Origin: Polyangiales bacterium | GTDB lineage: Bacteria; Myxococcota_A; Polyangia; Polyangiales; Polyangiaceae | DNA: 64,000 nt | Reading direction: 5' to 3' | Assembly (NCBI GenBank): GCA_038231275.1 | Contig: JBBRLQ010000007.1 | Span: 224,001 to 288,000 of the forward strand | Part shown: positions 29,656-39,332 of the stretch, in pieces | Position numbering within the stretch: position 1 is the stretch's first letter | Layout of the letters: each line of letters begins with the position of its first letter | Translations under genes and position numbers: made by a program | Notes under the pieces: generated by a model | What the model saw: only the letters and a program-made list of their open reading frames with translations | What the model was told of the DNA's origin: nothing | The model's database searches: none

Positions 29656-30381
29656 TCAGAGGTAGCCGCCGAGGCCGAGCCAAAGCTGCACGGCGAAAAG
29701 GCCGCCCTTGAGATCCGACGACGACGACGTCGACCCGTTGCCATTCGTTTGGGACGCGCTCGCTGTCACCGTGTAATCGAGCCCCAAGCCTCCGAGGAGG
29801 TTGAACGATCGCGTGGCGCGGTACGCCAGCACGCCTTCGCCCGACAGCGCCATCGCGAAGACGCCGGCCGATCCGTTGCCCGACCCCTGCGAGAGCGATC
29901 CGCCGGCGAGCGTGACGCCCGCGCGCGGCGTGAAGTCGAGCGAGGGACTCACCGGGATGCGGTACCCCACGCGAGGCGTGAGCGTGTAGATGAAGAGCGA
30001 GCCGACGTCTTGCGTGGTCGTCGTCTTGTTGCCGTTCACGGAGTTCGCCGTGGTCGCCGACAAGGAGAAGCGCCCCATGCTGACGCCGCCACCGAGCGTG
30101 AAACCGCCGTCGAAGATGTAGTCGAAGCCGACGCGCGGCGCCGAGTACGGGTTGGGGTTCACGCCGCCGATGCCGAACGCGGTCAGGGAGACGGCGTCGT
30201 CGGTGTCCTTCGCGAAGAGCTTCGTGTAGCCGACGCCGCCGACGCGCTCGAGGGCGAGGCTGAAGTGCGGCGCGGCCTCTCCTTCGGCGGCGTATGCGCT
30301 GGACGCGGAGACGCCGAAGGAGAGAAGGAGCGCGGCGAGGGGAGTGGAGAGCGCGATGAAGCGGCGTAGGGAAGGCGTCAT
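29656..30381 (-). CDS. Outer-membrane beta-barrel protein
   Basis: Signal peptide ..AYAA, amphipathic strands (TPRVGYRI), C-terminal LWLGLGGYL. Confidence 0.7.
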   Translation of the reverse strand: MTPSLRRFIALSTPLAALLLSFGVSASSAYAAEGEAAPHFSLALERVGGVGYTKLFAKDTDDAVSLTAFGIGGVNPNPYSAPRVGFDYIFDGGFTLGGGVSMGRFSLSATTANSVNGNKTTTTQDVGSLFIYTLTPRVGYRIPVSPSLDFTPRAGVTLAGGSLSQGSGNGSAGVFAMALSGEGVLAYRATRSFNLLGGLGLDYTVTASASQTNGNGSTSSSSDLKGGLFAVQLWLGLGGYL

Positions 30382-30516
30382 CCAACCAGGAATAGCACGG
30401 CGTATGCCGTGCCTCGCGCGAGCCTATTCCTTGGTTTTCGCGCGCGGTACGCTCGCTGTCCATGGCGAGCCGGGCCGCGGGAGTGTGCCTGCGGCTTCAC
30501 AGCCCGCGTCGATCGC

Positions 30517-31146
30517 TCAGGCCTGCGGGAAGCGACCGGGCGGCAGGGGCGGCGCGACTTGGCCACCGAACTGCTGCGACTGCGGCCCCGACGCCGGCGG
30601 CACCGAGGTGTACCCCGGCGCGTTCTGCGGCGGGTAGTACGACTGGGGCTGAACCGACGCCGGCGGCAGCATCTGCGCAGCCTGCGCGCCGAAGACACCG
30701 GCGGGCGCCTGCTGGCCCATGCGCCCGCGCTGCGAGGCGAACGCGCCGACGCACGCCTTCGCGCCCGCCATGTTCTGGCGCATCGGCGCGAGGAGGCCGA
30801 AGAACTGGTTCGGGACCTTCATCGTGAGGTTGATCGGGCCCGACTGGGTCTGGCCACGGAGGCGGATCTTCTTCGCGAAGATTCCCTTCATGACCATCTC
30901 CTGCACGTTGCTCCACGGGATCGACTCGACGGCGCGGAGGCTCTGCGCCTGGTGCAGCCACGTCATTCTGTGATCGAGAAGGATGACGCGCCGGTCCGTC
31001 GCCAGGACCAGGTAGGTCCGATTGATGAATCCAAAGGACCACCACGGCATGTAGCGGGTGACCGTCTTGCCGGTGAGCTGCTCACCCGGTTCGAGGACGC
31101 CACGCGCGAGGAGCTCCACCTGAAGATCGCTGAAATACGAGTACAT
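30517..31146 (-). CDS. Hypothetical protein, bacterial PH-like domain plus Pro/Gln tail
   Basis: YLVLATDRRVILL and IPWSNV pattern; GGAGG RBS upstream of ATG 31146. Confidence 0.65.
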   Translation of the reverse strand: MYSYFSDLQVELLARGVLEPGEQLTGKTVTRYMPWWSFGFINRTYLVLATDRRVILLDHRMTWLHQAQSLRAVESIPWSNVQEMVMKGIFAKKIRLRGQTQSGPINLTMKVPNQFFGLLAPMRQNMAGAKACVGAFASQRGRMGQQAPAGVFGAQAAQMLPPASVQPQSYYPPQNAPGYTSVPPASGPQSQQFGGQVAPPLPPGRFPQA

Positions 31147-31233
31147 TGAGTGCCTCCGTCCGGGCATCTCATACGTAGCGAGGCGAAAAGCCTTCCCGCC
31201 GACGAGCCCGTTTTTTTTCCAACGCCGCGGGCG

Positions 31234-31377
31234 ACGCACGGCGTGGTGGGCTTGCCCGTCCCTCGCCCCGCCGGGGGTTCGCGGTGACGCGCCGGCGACG
31301 TTTTGTTCGCGGGGAGCAGTGGCGCCGGCGCGCACGCTCAGCGGGGCGAGGGACGGGCAAGCCCACCACGCCTTTTT
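31234..31377 (+). repeat. Hairpin element copy 1 (REPIN/MITE- or ncRNA-like)
   Basis: Perfect 32-bp inverted repeat 31240-31271 / 31341-31372 around a 69-nt core, followed by TTTTT. Confidence 0.9.
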
Positions 31378-31467
31378 GCGGGATCGGGTGGGCGTGGGAG
31401 GTGGCGTCGGGGAGGTCGCGGGTGAGCCGGCTTCGTTGTTGCCCTAGATGAAAACCTCCCAATTCCC

Positions 31468-31614
31468 AAAAGGCTCGGTGGGCTCGCCCCTCTTCTTCGC
31501 CACGCTGAGCGTACGCGCCGGCGCCACTGCTCCCCGCGGACAAAGCATCGCCGGCGCGTCCCCACGAACCCCCGGCGTGGCGAAGAAGAGGGGCGAGCCC
31601 ACCGAGCCGTGCGT
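31468..31614 (-). repeat. Hairpin element copy 2 (inverted relative to copy 1)
   Basis: Perfect 34-bp inverted repeat 31472-31505 / 31575-31608 around a 69-nt core that is 63/69 identical to copy 1; TTTT follows on the minus strand. Confidence 0.9.
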
Positions 31615-31640
31615 GTGCGGTGGAAGGACGATTCTGCCGA

Positions 31641-32336
31641 CTACCCACCGGTCATCAGCGTCGCCATGTCCTCGTCGAACGTCGCGAGGATGTGCGCGAT
31701 CGTCTTGCCGCGCAGGCGCTTCTTCGTCGCGTGGTATGCGGGGCGCGAGAGGGCGCCCATCTTTGCGGCTTCGTCCTTGGCGCGTGCGAGCACCTCGGCG
31801 GCGGGGACGACGGCGTCGAGGTAGCCGACGCGCGCGGCTTCGTCGGGATCGTAGATGTTGGCGCGGAGGGTCGCGCGGGCGAGCTCGGTGCTGAGGAGGC
31901 GATCGCGGGCGAGCTCCATCGCGAGGATGGGGACGGGGAGGCCGATGCTGACCTCGTTGAGGCCGATGCGGAACGCGCCCGATGCGCCGACGCGCAGATC
32001 GGCGGTGAGGAGGACGAGCGCGCCGCCCGCCAGCGCGTGACCGGTGCACGCGGCGACGATCGGGATCGGCGAGCCGTAGAGGCGCATGAAGAGATCGCCG
32101 CCGGAGCGGAGCAGCGTCTTCGCTGCGTCGGGGCTGCTCATCATGACGCGCAGATCGAAGCCGGCGCAGAAGCGACCTTCGCGTCCCGTGAGCACGAAGG
32201 CCGAGGCTTCCTTCTCCGCACGCGTGAGCGCGTCGCCGAGCTCGATGATCATCGCTTCTGAGAGCGCGTTCGCCTTGCCGTCGTCCATCTGGACGATCGC
32301 GGTTGTGCCTTCGAGCGTGTAGTGAACGACCGGCAT
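31641..32336 (-). CDS. Enoyl-CoA hydratase/isomerase (crotonase) family protein
   Basis: MDDGKANAL, FCAGFDL, GHALAGG, IGLNEVSIGL. Confidence 0.9.
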   Translation of the reverse strand: MPVVHYTLEGTTAIVQMDDGKANALSEAMIIELGDALTRAEKEASAFVLTGREGRFCAGFDLRVMMSSPDAAKTLLRSGGDLFMRLYGSPIPIVAACTGHALAGGALVLLTADLRVGASGAFRIGLNEVSIGLPVPILAMELARDRLLSTELARATLRANIYDPDEAARVGYLDAVVPAAEVLARAKDEAAKMGALSRPAYHATKKRLRGKTIAHILATFDEDMATLMTGG

Positions 32337-32338
32337 GG

Positions 32339-33160
32339 TCAGCCCTTCGCGGCGCTCTCGTCCGCCGGCTTCTTCTTCGCGACCAGGAACGCGACGCCGA
32401 CGCTGAGGAAGTAGAGCGCGATGAGGGCGCCGCTCACCGCGAGCTGGCTGGAGACCTCGGGTCCCGGCGTCACGATCGCGCCGAGCGCGAACGCTCCGAT
32501 GATGGCCCAGCGGCTGAACTTCACGAGCTGGCGCGGCGTCACGATGCCGGCGATGGCGAGGAACGAGATGAAGAGCGGCAGCTCGAAGACGAACCCGAAC
32601 GCGAGCAGCATGCGCGTCGAGAAGTCCATGTAGAACTCCATCGTCGGGCGGCTCGTCAGCACCGTGTCGCTCGACCCGACCTTGCCGAGGAGCGAGAAGA
32701 AGTAGTTGAACGTGAACGGGAACGCGACGTAGTACGCGAACATCACGCCCGACGCGAAGAGCGTCGACGAGAAGAAGACGAACGGGATGATGTATTTTTT
32801 CTCGCGCGCGTAGAGGCCCGGGCTGATGAAGGCCCACAGCTGATAGAAGATGATCGGCGCCGCGATGACCATGCCGCCGACGAACGAAAGCTGCATGTAG
32901 TTCACGAACGCGTCGGCGGGGGCGAGCGTCTGGAGCTCGAGCGGCGTGTTCGGAAAGCGCGCCTTCCATGCGTGCTCGTACGGCTTCTGGAGCCACTCGA
33001 GGAGGCGCTCGCGGTACGTCCAGCAGCCGACGGCGGCGACGAGTGTGCCGATCGCGGCGTGGACGACGCGCTTGCGGAGCTCCGAGAGGTGCTCCCAGAT
33101 CGTCATCTTGACCTCGGCCTCGGGGTCTTGAGCCAGCGGCGTGGTGGCGTCGTCGCTCAT
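32339..33160 (-). CDS. tatC: Twin-arginine translocase subunit TatC
   Basis: MTIWEHLSELRKR, YQLWAFISPGLY..EK, FELP, IVTP. Confidence 0.95.
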   Translation of the reverse strand: MSDDATTPLAQDPEAEVKMTIWEHLSELRKRVVHAAIGTLVAAVGCWTYRERLLEWLQKPYEHAWKARFPNTPLELQTLAPADAFVNYMQLSFVGGMVIAAPIIFYQLWAFISPGLYAREKKYIIPFVFFSSTLFASGVMFAYYVAFPFTFNYFFSLLGKVGSSDTVLTSRPTMEFYMDFSTRMLLAFGFVFELPLFISFLAIAGIVTPRQLVKFSRWAIIGAFALGAIVTPGPEVSSQLAVSGALIALYFLSVGVAFLVAKKKPADESAAKG

Positions 33161-33744
33161 GCGGTCTCGGCGCGGTCCGGTTGGGAGGGAGCGGGGGTCG
33201 TGGCGGTAGACGCTTCGGCGGGCGAGGGCGTGCCCTCATGGGTCTCGGCGTCGGTCGGGGTCGGCGCAGGCTCGGGCTTGGGGACGACGCCGTTCGGATC
33301 GCCGAGCACCCAGACCGGATCGTCCGCCCACTTCGAGCGCGGGAAACTCTCGATGTAGACGAACGCGGTGTCCGGGAGGGCGTTGCCGGTGTCGGCCCCC
33401 TCGCGCGGGTGCTCGCGGTCGCGGTCGACGGAGATGTTCGCGTCTTCGTAGGCGGCCAGAGAAGGGTAGGCCGGCTCGCCGAGCGTGCCGCCCGTGGTCG
33501 AGCGCGAAATCGTGTCGAGCTCGCCGCGCGCGAGCTTGCGGATTTCGTTCAGGTCGTCGGTGAGGCCTTCGGTACGAAGCACGTCGTCGATGCCGCTCTG
33601 CGCGCGCAGATCGGAGGCCATCCGCCGGAGCTTGCCGGCCCACTGCCCCATCGTCTTCAGGACTTTGGGCAAGTCTTTCGGGCCGATCACGACGATCGCG
33701 ACCACCACGAGGACGACGAGCTCACCGAAGCTGAACCCGAACAC
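33157..33744 (-). CDS. tatB: Twin-arginine translocase subunit TatB
   Basis: MFGFSFGELVVLVVVAIVVIGPKDLP; overlaps the tatC start. Confidence 0.9.
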   Translation of the reverse strand: MFGFSFGELVVLVVVAIVVIGPKDLPKVLKTMGQWAGKLRRMASDLRAQSGIDDVLRTEGLTDDLNEIRKLARGELDTISRSTTGGTLGEPAYPSLAAYEDANISVDRDREHPREGADTGNALPDTAFVYIESFPRSKWADDPVWVLGDPNGVVPKPEPAPTPTDAETHEGTPSPAEASTATTPAPSQPDRAETA

Positions 33745-33794
33745 GCCTACAAGGTAGCACGGCCGCTCCGCCGGAGCGTGGTAAAGGAGGGGCC

Positions 33795-34835
33795 ATGCTC
33801 GCGCTGCAAGCCCTGACTCCGCACGCGCTCCACCGCGCGCTCGGCGGCGTGTCGCTCGCGGAGGCGCGCAAGATCGTGGCGCAGGTGCATAGGGACGAGC
33901 CGGTCGCGACGCCGACGAGCGGCATCACGCGGATCGCGCGCGAGGTGGTCGTGCGTGAGGGCGTCGTGCCGGCGCTCGAGATCACGGCGGAGCGAAAGAG
34001 CCTGCTCGATCCCTTCGTGAAGTACGCGATGCGAACCGCCGACGGCGAGACGATCGAGACCGTGCGCATCCCGCTCGAGCGCGCGGGGCGATTCTCCGTG
34101 TGCGTGAGCTCGCAGATCGGCTGCGCGCTGGCGTGCGCGTTCTGCGCGACGGGGCAGATGGGGCTCCGGCGCAACCTCGAGACGTGGGAGATCGTCGAGC
34201 AGGTGCGCATCGTGCGACGGCGCTTGCCCGAAGGCGCGCGCGTGCACGGCGTCGTCTTCCAGGGGATGGGCGAGCCGATGGCGAACCTCGACCGGGTCCT
34301 CGACGCCATCGCGGTGATGAGCGAGCCGTGCGCGCTCGCGATCGACGCGCGCAACATCACGGTGAGCACGGCGGGGCTCCCGAGCGGGATTCGCCGGCTC
34401 GCGCGCGAGGCGCCGAAGGTGCGACTCGCGCTGTCGATCGGCACGGCGCGCGAGGGGGGACGCGCGGCGCTCATGCCGATCGATCGCGCGCACGCGCTCG
34501 CGGAGGTGCTCGAAGCGGCCGTCGAGCACGCGCGCGCGACCGGCCTCGCGCCGATGTGGGCGGTGACGTTGCTGCGCGACGTGAACGATCTCGACGAGGA
34601 CGCGCACGCGCTGGCGGCGGCGGCGCGCAGCTTCGCCGAGAGCTCCGGCGTGCGACCGCGCATCAGCGTGATCCCGTTCAACGCAATCGACGGCGATCCG
34701 TTCACGCGATCGACGGATGCAGGCGAGACGCGCTTTCGGGACGCGCTCGCTGCGCGCGGAGTCTTCACCCACAAGCGCTACAGCGGCGGCGGCGACGTCG
34801 ACGCGGCGTGCGGTCAGCTGGCGGCGAAGGGGTGA
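33795..34835 (+). CDS. Radical SAM RNA methyltransferase, RlmN/Cfr family
   Basis: CVSSQIGCALACAFC, GMGEP, C-terminal DVDAACGQL; atypical N-terminus, so possibly a paralog. Confidence 0.85.
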   Translation: MLALQALTPHALHRALGGVSLAEARKIVAQVHRDEPVATPTSGITRIAREVVVREGVVPALEITAERKSLLDPFVKYAMRTADGETIETVRIPLERAGRFSVCVSSQIGCALACAFCATGQMGLRRNLETWEIVEQVRIVRRRLPEGARVHGVVFQGMGEPMANLDRVLDAIAVMSEPCALAIDARNITVSTAGLPSGIRRLAREAPKVRLALSIGTAREGGRAALMPIDRAHALAEVLEAAVEHARATGLAPMWAVTLLRDVNDLDEDAHALAAAARSFAESSGVRPRISVIPFNAIDGDPFTRSTDAGETRFRDALAARGVFTHKRYSGGGDVDAACGQLAAKG

Positions 34836-36175
34836 TGCGCGCGAGGTCGGTCCTCCTTGGTCTCTTCGTGCTGACGTCCGCGTTCGCGTCCGGGAGCGCC
34901 GCGGCGTCGCCCGAGGACATTTTCGGTTACGGCGGCCGCTCGGCGGGAATGGGCGCGACGGGCGTGGCGGCGGGGGAGGGGTACGAGACGGCGTACCTGA
35001 ACCCCGCGCTCCTCTCGACGATGCGCGCCCGCAAATTGAGCCTCGGCCTCACCGGTGCGACGTTCTCGCTCTACGCGGACGGCGACGGGCTTCCGGGCCG
35101 TGTGTCCTATGGCGCGGCGAAGGGCGTCGTCATCGGCGCGGATCTCCCGATCCCGTTCGGCGGCGTGCTGAAGGATCGCATCGGCGCGGGGCTCGCCTTC
35201 TACACGCCGACCGACATCGTCGTGCGCGGACGCATCCTCTACCCGGAGACGCCGCAGTTTCCGCTCCTGCCCGATCGCGCGCAGTCGGTGGCGATCCGCG
35301 TGGGGCTCGGCGCGGAGGTCGGCTGGGGCGTGCGCGTCGGCGCGGGCTTCGCGGCGCTCGCGGAGATCGCGGGCTCGGCGATCGTCGCGACCGACGCCAC
35401 CGGCCGCGTCGGGACGCGCGTCGAGGATCAGCTCGTCGCGACGTACGCGCCGACGTTCGGCGTCACGTACGACATACCGGTTCGCTTCCCGACGCGCCTC
35501 CGCGCGGGTCTCACGTACCGAGGCACCCTCGACGCGCGCTTCGCCGTCGCCATCGACGCGACGAAGCTCTCGACCTTGAACCTCCCGCTCCTCAACATCT
35601 CGGGTCTCGCGCAGTACGATCCGGCGCAGCTCGCGTTCGAGCTCGCGAGCCTCGGTGAGCGCCTCACGCTGGCGGGCGGCGTCACGTACAAGAGGTGGAG
35701 CAAGTACCCCGGTCTCCTCGAACCGACGATCAACTGTCCTACGGAGAACCCGGACTGCGCGGCGCTCGTGCCGCCGAAGATCGCGTACGACGACACCCTC
35801 GCCGTGCACGCGGGGGCCGACTGGGCGATCCGCGTCTCGTCGAGCTTCGTGCCTCACGTTCGCGCCGGCGCCTTCCTCGAGCCGAACCCTCTCCCGAGCC
35901 GCGTGCCGACGGCGCAGGCCTACGACGTGGCGGCGCGCGGCCTCGTCGACGTGCCGACGCGTTACTTCAACGCGCCGCGCCTCGCGCTCACGTGGGGCGC
36001 GGGCCTCCGCATGGCGGACCCTTTGCCGCCGTTCGACGTCGACGTCTACGGCCAGTACCACGTGCTCCTGCCGACCACCCACGAGTCGATCGACTCGAAC
36101 GGCGCGGTCACGCCGCTCGGCAAGGCGAGCGGTCACGTGCTCGCGGGCGGCATCGTCGTGGGGGTGCGGTTTTGA
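34835..36175 (+). CDS. FadL/OmpP1-like outer-membrane transporter 1
   Basis: Signal peptide, FGYGGRSAGMG..YLNPA hatch motif, ends VGVRF; TGATG coupling. Confidence 0.7.
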   Translation: MRARSVLLGLFVLTSAFASGSAAASPEDIFGYGGRSAGMGATGVAAGEGYETAYLNPALLSTMRARKLSLGLTGATFSLYADGDGLPGRVSYGAAKGVVIGADLPIPFGGVLKDRIGAGLAFYTPTDIVVRGRILYPETPQFPLLPDRAQSVAIRVGLGAEVGWGVRVGAGFAALAEIAGSAIVATDATGRVGTRVEDQLVATYAPTFGVTYDIPVRFPTRLRAGLTYRGTLDARFAVAIDATKLSTLNLPLLNISGLAQYDPAQLAFELASLGERLTLAGGVTYKRWSKYPGLLEPTINCPTENPDCAALVPPKIAYDDTLAVHAGADWAIRVSSSFVPHVRAGAFLEPNPLPSRVPTAQAYDVAARGLVDVPTRYFNAPRLALTWGAGLRMADPLPPFDVDVYGQYHVLLPTTHESIDSNGAVTPLGKASGHVLAGGIVVGVRF

Positions 36176-37509
36176 AGACCACCCTCGTTTCATCGGCAAT
36201 TGTGGCCATGTGTGCGTGCAGTATGCAGGCATACGCGAATCCCCTCGACGCGTTCGGCCTTGGCTCGCGTGCGGCCGGGATGGGCAGCGCCGTCGCCGCC
36301 GACACCAGCGGCTTCGACGCCAACTACTACAATCCCGCCGGCCTCGCGCGCGCACGTGGGCTCGAGCTCTCGATCGGATACTTCCGCGCGAGCCACTACC
36401 TGAAGACGAACGGGCACGACAACGACGTCGATCCGGTGAAGGGCCTCGTCGGCGGGCTCGTCGCGCCGGGGACGATCTTCGGCGTGCCGTTCGCGTTCGG
36501 CCTCGCCATTCACCTCCCCGACGACCGCATCTCGCGCGTGCGCGCGCTCCGCCAAGAGGTGGCGCGCTGGGAGATGTACGACAACCGCAACCAGCGCCTC
36601 TTCCTCGCGGCGAACCTCGCGGTGAGCCCCGTCAAGTGGCTCCAGATCGGCGGCGGCTTCTCGTTCATGTCCTCGACGGAGGGCAAGCTCGACATCGGTG
36701 GGCTCTTGAACATCTTCCGGTCGGAGGACTCCGCGCTCCGCCACCAGGTCGACGCCGATCTCACCGCCGTGCGCTACCCCCAAGTCGGCATGCGCGTGGA
36801 GCTCTCGCCGGACGTCGCGCTGGCGGTCGTCTACCGCGGCGAGTTCAAGCTGAAGCTCGATCTCTCGGCGTACCTCCACGGCGACATCTCGCAGCTGACC
36901 ACCGCCGTGTACGCGCTCGAGACGCACAGCGTGAACAATTTTTTGCCGCAACAGCTCGTCGTCGCGGGCTCGTGGAAGCTGACGCCGGATCTCCGGACGA
37001 ACCTCGACGTCACGTGGGTCAACTGGGGCGCGTACGTGCCGCCGGTCGCGTCGCTCAACGTGGCCCTCGACATCCCGCCGCCGGCAGGCGGTTGGCCCAA
37101 CGGGGTCACGCCGCCGCAGGCGCCCGCGCCCACGCGCATCGAGGCGCTGAAGATGAGCGATCGCGCGGTGCCGCACGTCGGCGTCGAGTGGCGCGCGCTC
37201 GCGCGTCCCAGATGGGAGGGCTTCGCGCGCGCGGGGTACGAGTACGCGAAGAGCCCGATCGGCGCGCAGACGGGCCTCACCAACTACATCGATCGCGATC
37301 GGCACTCGATGTCGATCGGCCTCGGACTACGGGCGATCGCGCCGATCGCCGAGCTCCCGGGCGACGTTCGGCTCGACGCGCACGCGCAGCTGAGCGAGCT
37401 CGTGACGGCGACGACGCGGAAAGCCGATCCGGCAGATCTCGTCGGCGACTACACGGCCGGCGGGCACATCTGGAACGTGGGCGCGACGCTCACCGTGGGG
37501 TTCCCGTGA
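36172..37509 (+). CDS. FadL/OmpP1-like outer-membrane transporter 2
   Basis: FGLGSRAAGMG..YYNPAGL, barrel strands, ends TLTVGFP; TTG start overlaps the previous stop. Confidence 0.75.
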   Translation: MKTTLVSSAIVAMCACSMQAYANPLDAFGLGSRAAGMGSAVAADTSGFDANYYNPAGLARARGLELSIGYFRASHYLKTNGHDNDVDPVKGLVGGLVAPGTIFGVPFAFGLAIHLPDDRISRVRALRQEVARWEMYDNRNQRLFLAANLAVSPVKWLQIGGGFSFMSSTEGKLDIGGLLNIFRSEDSALRHQVDADLTAVRYPQVGMRVELSPDVALAVVYRGEFKLKLDLSAYLHGDISQLTTAVYALETHSVNNFLPQQLVVAGSWKLTPDLRTNLDVTWVNWGAYVPPVASLNVALDIPPPAGGWPNGVTPPQAPAPTRIEALKMSDRAVPHVGVEWRALARPRWEGFARAGYEYAKSPIGAQTGLTNYIDRDRHSMSIGLGLRAIAPIAELPGDVRLDAHAQLSELVTATTRKADPADLVGDYTAGGHIWNVGATLTVGFP

Positions 37510-38567
37510 GGCTCACGCGCCTCGCGCTCGTCCTCTCCGCGGCGTCGTGCGCGTCGATCGGCTCGCCCGGCGCCGGTGACGTCGACCTCCCGGCTTCAGG
37601 CGCCGGACCTTTCCGAAAGCTCGATGGCAACGAGACGCTCGGCGTCGCCCCCTTCGTCCTCGACGATCGCACCAGGCTCTGGCACGACCCGGCGGTTCTT
37701 CCCGCCGACCCGGCGAGCGATGGGGCGGGTGTCTTCCTTTTCGCTGCGGGCACGATCGCGGGCGGTGATGTGATTGTCCGCACGCGGGCCGACGACGGGC
37801 GATCGTTCTTTGGCGGCAGCGTCGGCACGACCCCCGCGGTGGTGCTGAAGGCCGACGCGGGAGAGCACGTCGTGGCGCCCAGCGTCGCGCGCGTCGGCGG
37901 CAACGTCCTCCTCTATTGGTCCGACGGCGCGGGTGTCCGCGTCGCGAGCAGCGCCGACGGCCTCACCTTCGCGAAGCGCGCCGGGTATGCGCTCGCCGCC
38001 GATGTTGCTGCCTCCTGGGAAAAGACGCCGCCCGGTGCGCCCAGCGTCGCCGTGTACCCCGACGGCCGCGTGCGCATGGTCTACGCCGCAGGCGGCTACC
38101 TGGGCGAAGCCGAGAGCGAGGACGGGCTCACGTTCCGCCGACTGGGTCCGGATCCGATTTTCGGGCCGAGCATCGCGCCGGATCTCTCGACCCTGGCGCC
38201 CGGACAGAAGCCGCCGTTCGACGACGCGCGCGTGGACGATCCGTGCGTGGTCCCGCGCGTCACGCCGGCGGGGCGCCTCCACGTGCGTGTACTCTACACG
38301 GGAGTCGATGCGGCCGGCGTGACCTCGATTGGCCTCGCCGCGCGCTACGGCGACTCCGGGCCGCTGTCACGTCAGACGCAGCCGGTCTACGCCATCGGCA
38401 AGGCCGAGCGCGCGCCGGCGTTGTTCGAGTGGTCGGGCGGCTCGCTACTCTACGTCTCGCAGGATCGCGCGCCGGCGCCCGACACGCATTACGGCGCCAT
38501 CGCCGCCGCGTTCGCTCCCGCGAATCTTCGCTTGCCGCCGGCCACCGCTTTCGCCGACTCTCCCTGA
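37506..38567 (+). CDS. Lipoprotein with glycoside-hydrolase-like beta-propeller repeats
   Basis: Lipobox AASC; repeats APSV..S.DG.TF and DDPCVV; GTG start overlaps the previous stop. Confidence 0.6.
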   Translation: MRLTRLALVLSAASCASIGSPGAGDVDLPASGAGPFRKLDGNETLGVAPFVLDDRTRLWHDPAVLPADPASDGAGVFLFAAGTIAGGDVIVRTRADDGRSFFGGSVGTTPAVVLKADAGEHVVAPSVARVGGNVLLYWSDGAGVRVASSADGLTFAKRAGYALAADVAASWEKTPPGAPSVAVYPDGRVRMVYAAGGYLGEAESEDGLTFRRLGPDPIFGPSIAPDLSTLAPGQKPPFDDARVDDPCVVPRVTPAGRLHVRVLYTGVDAAGVTSIGLAARYGDSGPLSRQTQPVYAIGKAERAPALFEWSGGSLLYVSQDRAPAPDTHYGAIAAAFAPANLRLPPATAFADSP

Positions 38568-38592
38568 ACCGTAGACGCGAGGGGAGACGATC

Positions 38593-39318
38593 ATGAAGAA
38601 GCAGACGCCGTACGTTCTCTACTATTGGCCCGGCATCCAGGGCCGCGGCGAGCTCGTTCGTCTTGCACTGGAACGCGCCGGCGCGCCGTACGTCGACGCG
38701 GCACGCGCGAAGGGCGGCATGGACGCGATGATGAAGCTCATGGGCGAGCGCTCGCGGGTCGACGGCCTCGTCCCGTTCGCGCCGCCGTTCTTGAAGGCGG
38801 GCCCGCTCGTCCTCGCGCAGACCGCGAACATTCTGGCGTGGCTCGCCCCGCGCCATCGCCTGGTCCCTAAAGACGAAGCGAGCCGTCTCCACGCGCACCA
38901 GCTCCAGCTCACCGTCATGGACTTCATGGTCGAGGCCCACGACGTCCACCACCCCATCGGCTCCAGCCTCTACTACGAGGATCAGAAGAAGGAGGCCAAG
39001 CGCCGCGCCGCGCCGTTCCTCTCCGTGCGCGTCCCCAAGTTCCTCGGCTACTTCGAGCGCGTGCTCCAGCGCGGCGGCGGATACGCAGTGGGACGTCGCG
39101 CGTCGTACGTCGATTTGTCCCTGTTCCAGGTCATGGAAGGGTTCGCGTACGCGTTCCCTCGCGCGTCGAAGAAGGTCCGGAAGAAGCACCCGCGCCTCTG
39201 CGCCTTGCGCGAACGCGTCGCGTCGGAGCCCCGCATCGCGAAGTACCTCGCGTCGGAGCGCCGCGCTCCCTTCAACGAGCACGGGATCTTTCGGCACTAC
39301 CCGGAGCTCGACCCCTGA
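38593..39318 (+). CDS. Glutathione S-transferase
   Basis: LYYWPGIQGRGELVRLALE, FAPPFL, QTANIL, SYVDLSLF. Confidence 0.9.
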   Translation: MKKQTPYVLYYWPGIQGRGELVRLALERAGAPYVDAARAKGGMDAMMKLMGERSRVDGLVPFAPPFLKAGPLVLAQTANILAWLAPRHRLVPKDEASRLHAHQLQLTVMDFMVEAHDVHHPIGSSLYYEDQKKEAKRRAAPFLSVRVPKFLGYFERVLQRGGGYAVGRRASYVDLSLFQVMEGFAYAFPRASKKVRKKHPRLCALRERVASEPRIAKYLASERRAPFNEHGIFRHYPELDP

Positions 39319-39332
39319 TAGCTTGAGGGGAC

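Noticed and set aside
31234-31614. Retron msr-msd, tRNA or CRISPR interpretation of the hairpin elements
   Set aside because: No reverse transcriptase or cas gene in the window, no cloverleaf or T-loop motif, and only two copies; kept as an unassigned repeat.
31169-31894. ORFs crossing the hairpin region (31448-31894, 31338-31565, 31169-31648) that share RAGATAPR-like peptides
   Set aside because: The peptide similarity is a by-product of the DNA repeat; no RBS or coding signature.
33795-34835. Cfr-type antibiotic resistance gene
   Set aside because: Motifs shared by RlmN and Cfr cannot discriminate by eye; there is no mobile context, so it is left as RlmN-family.
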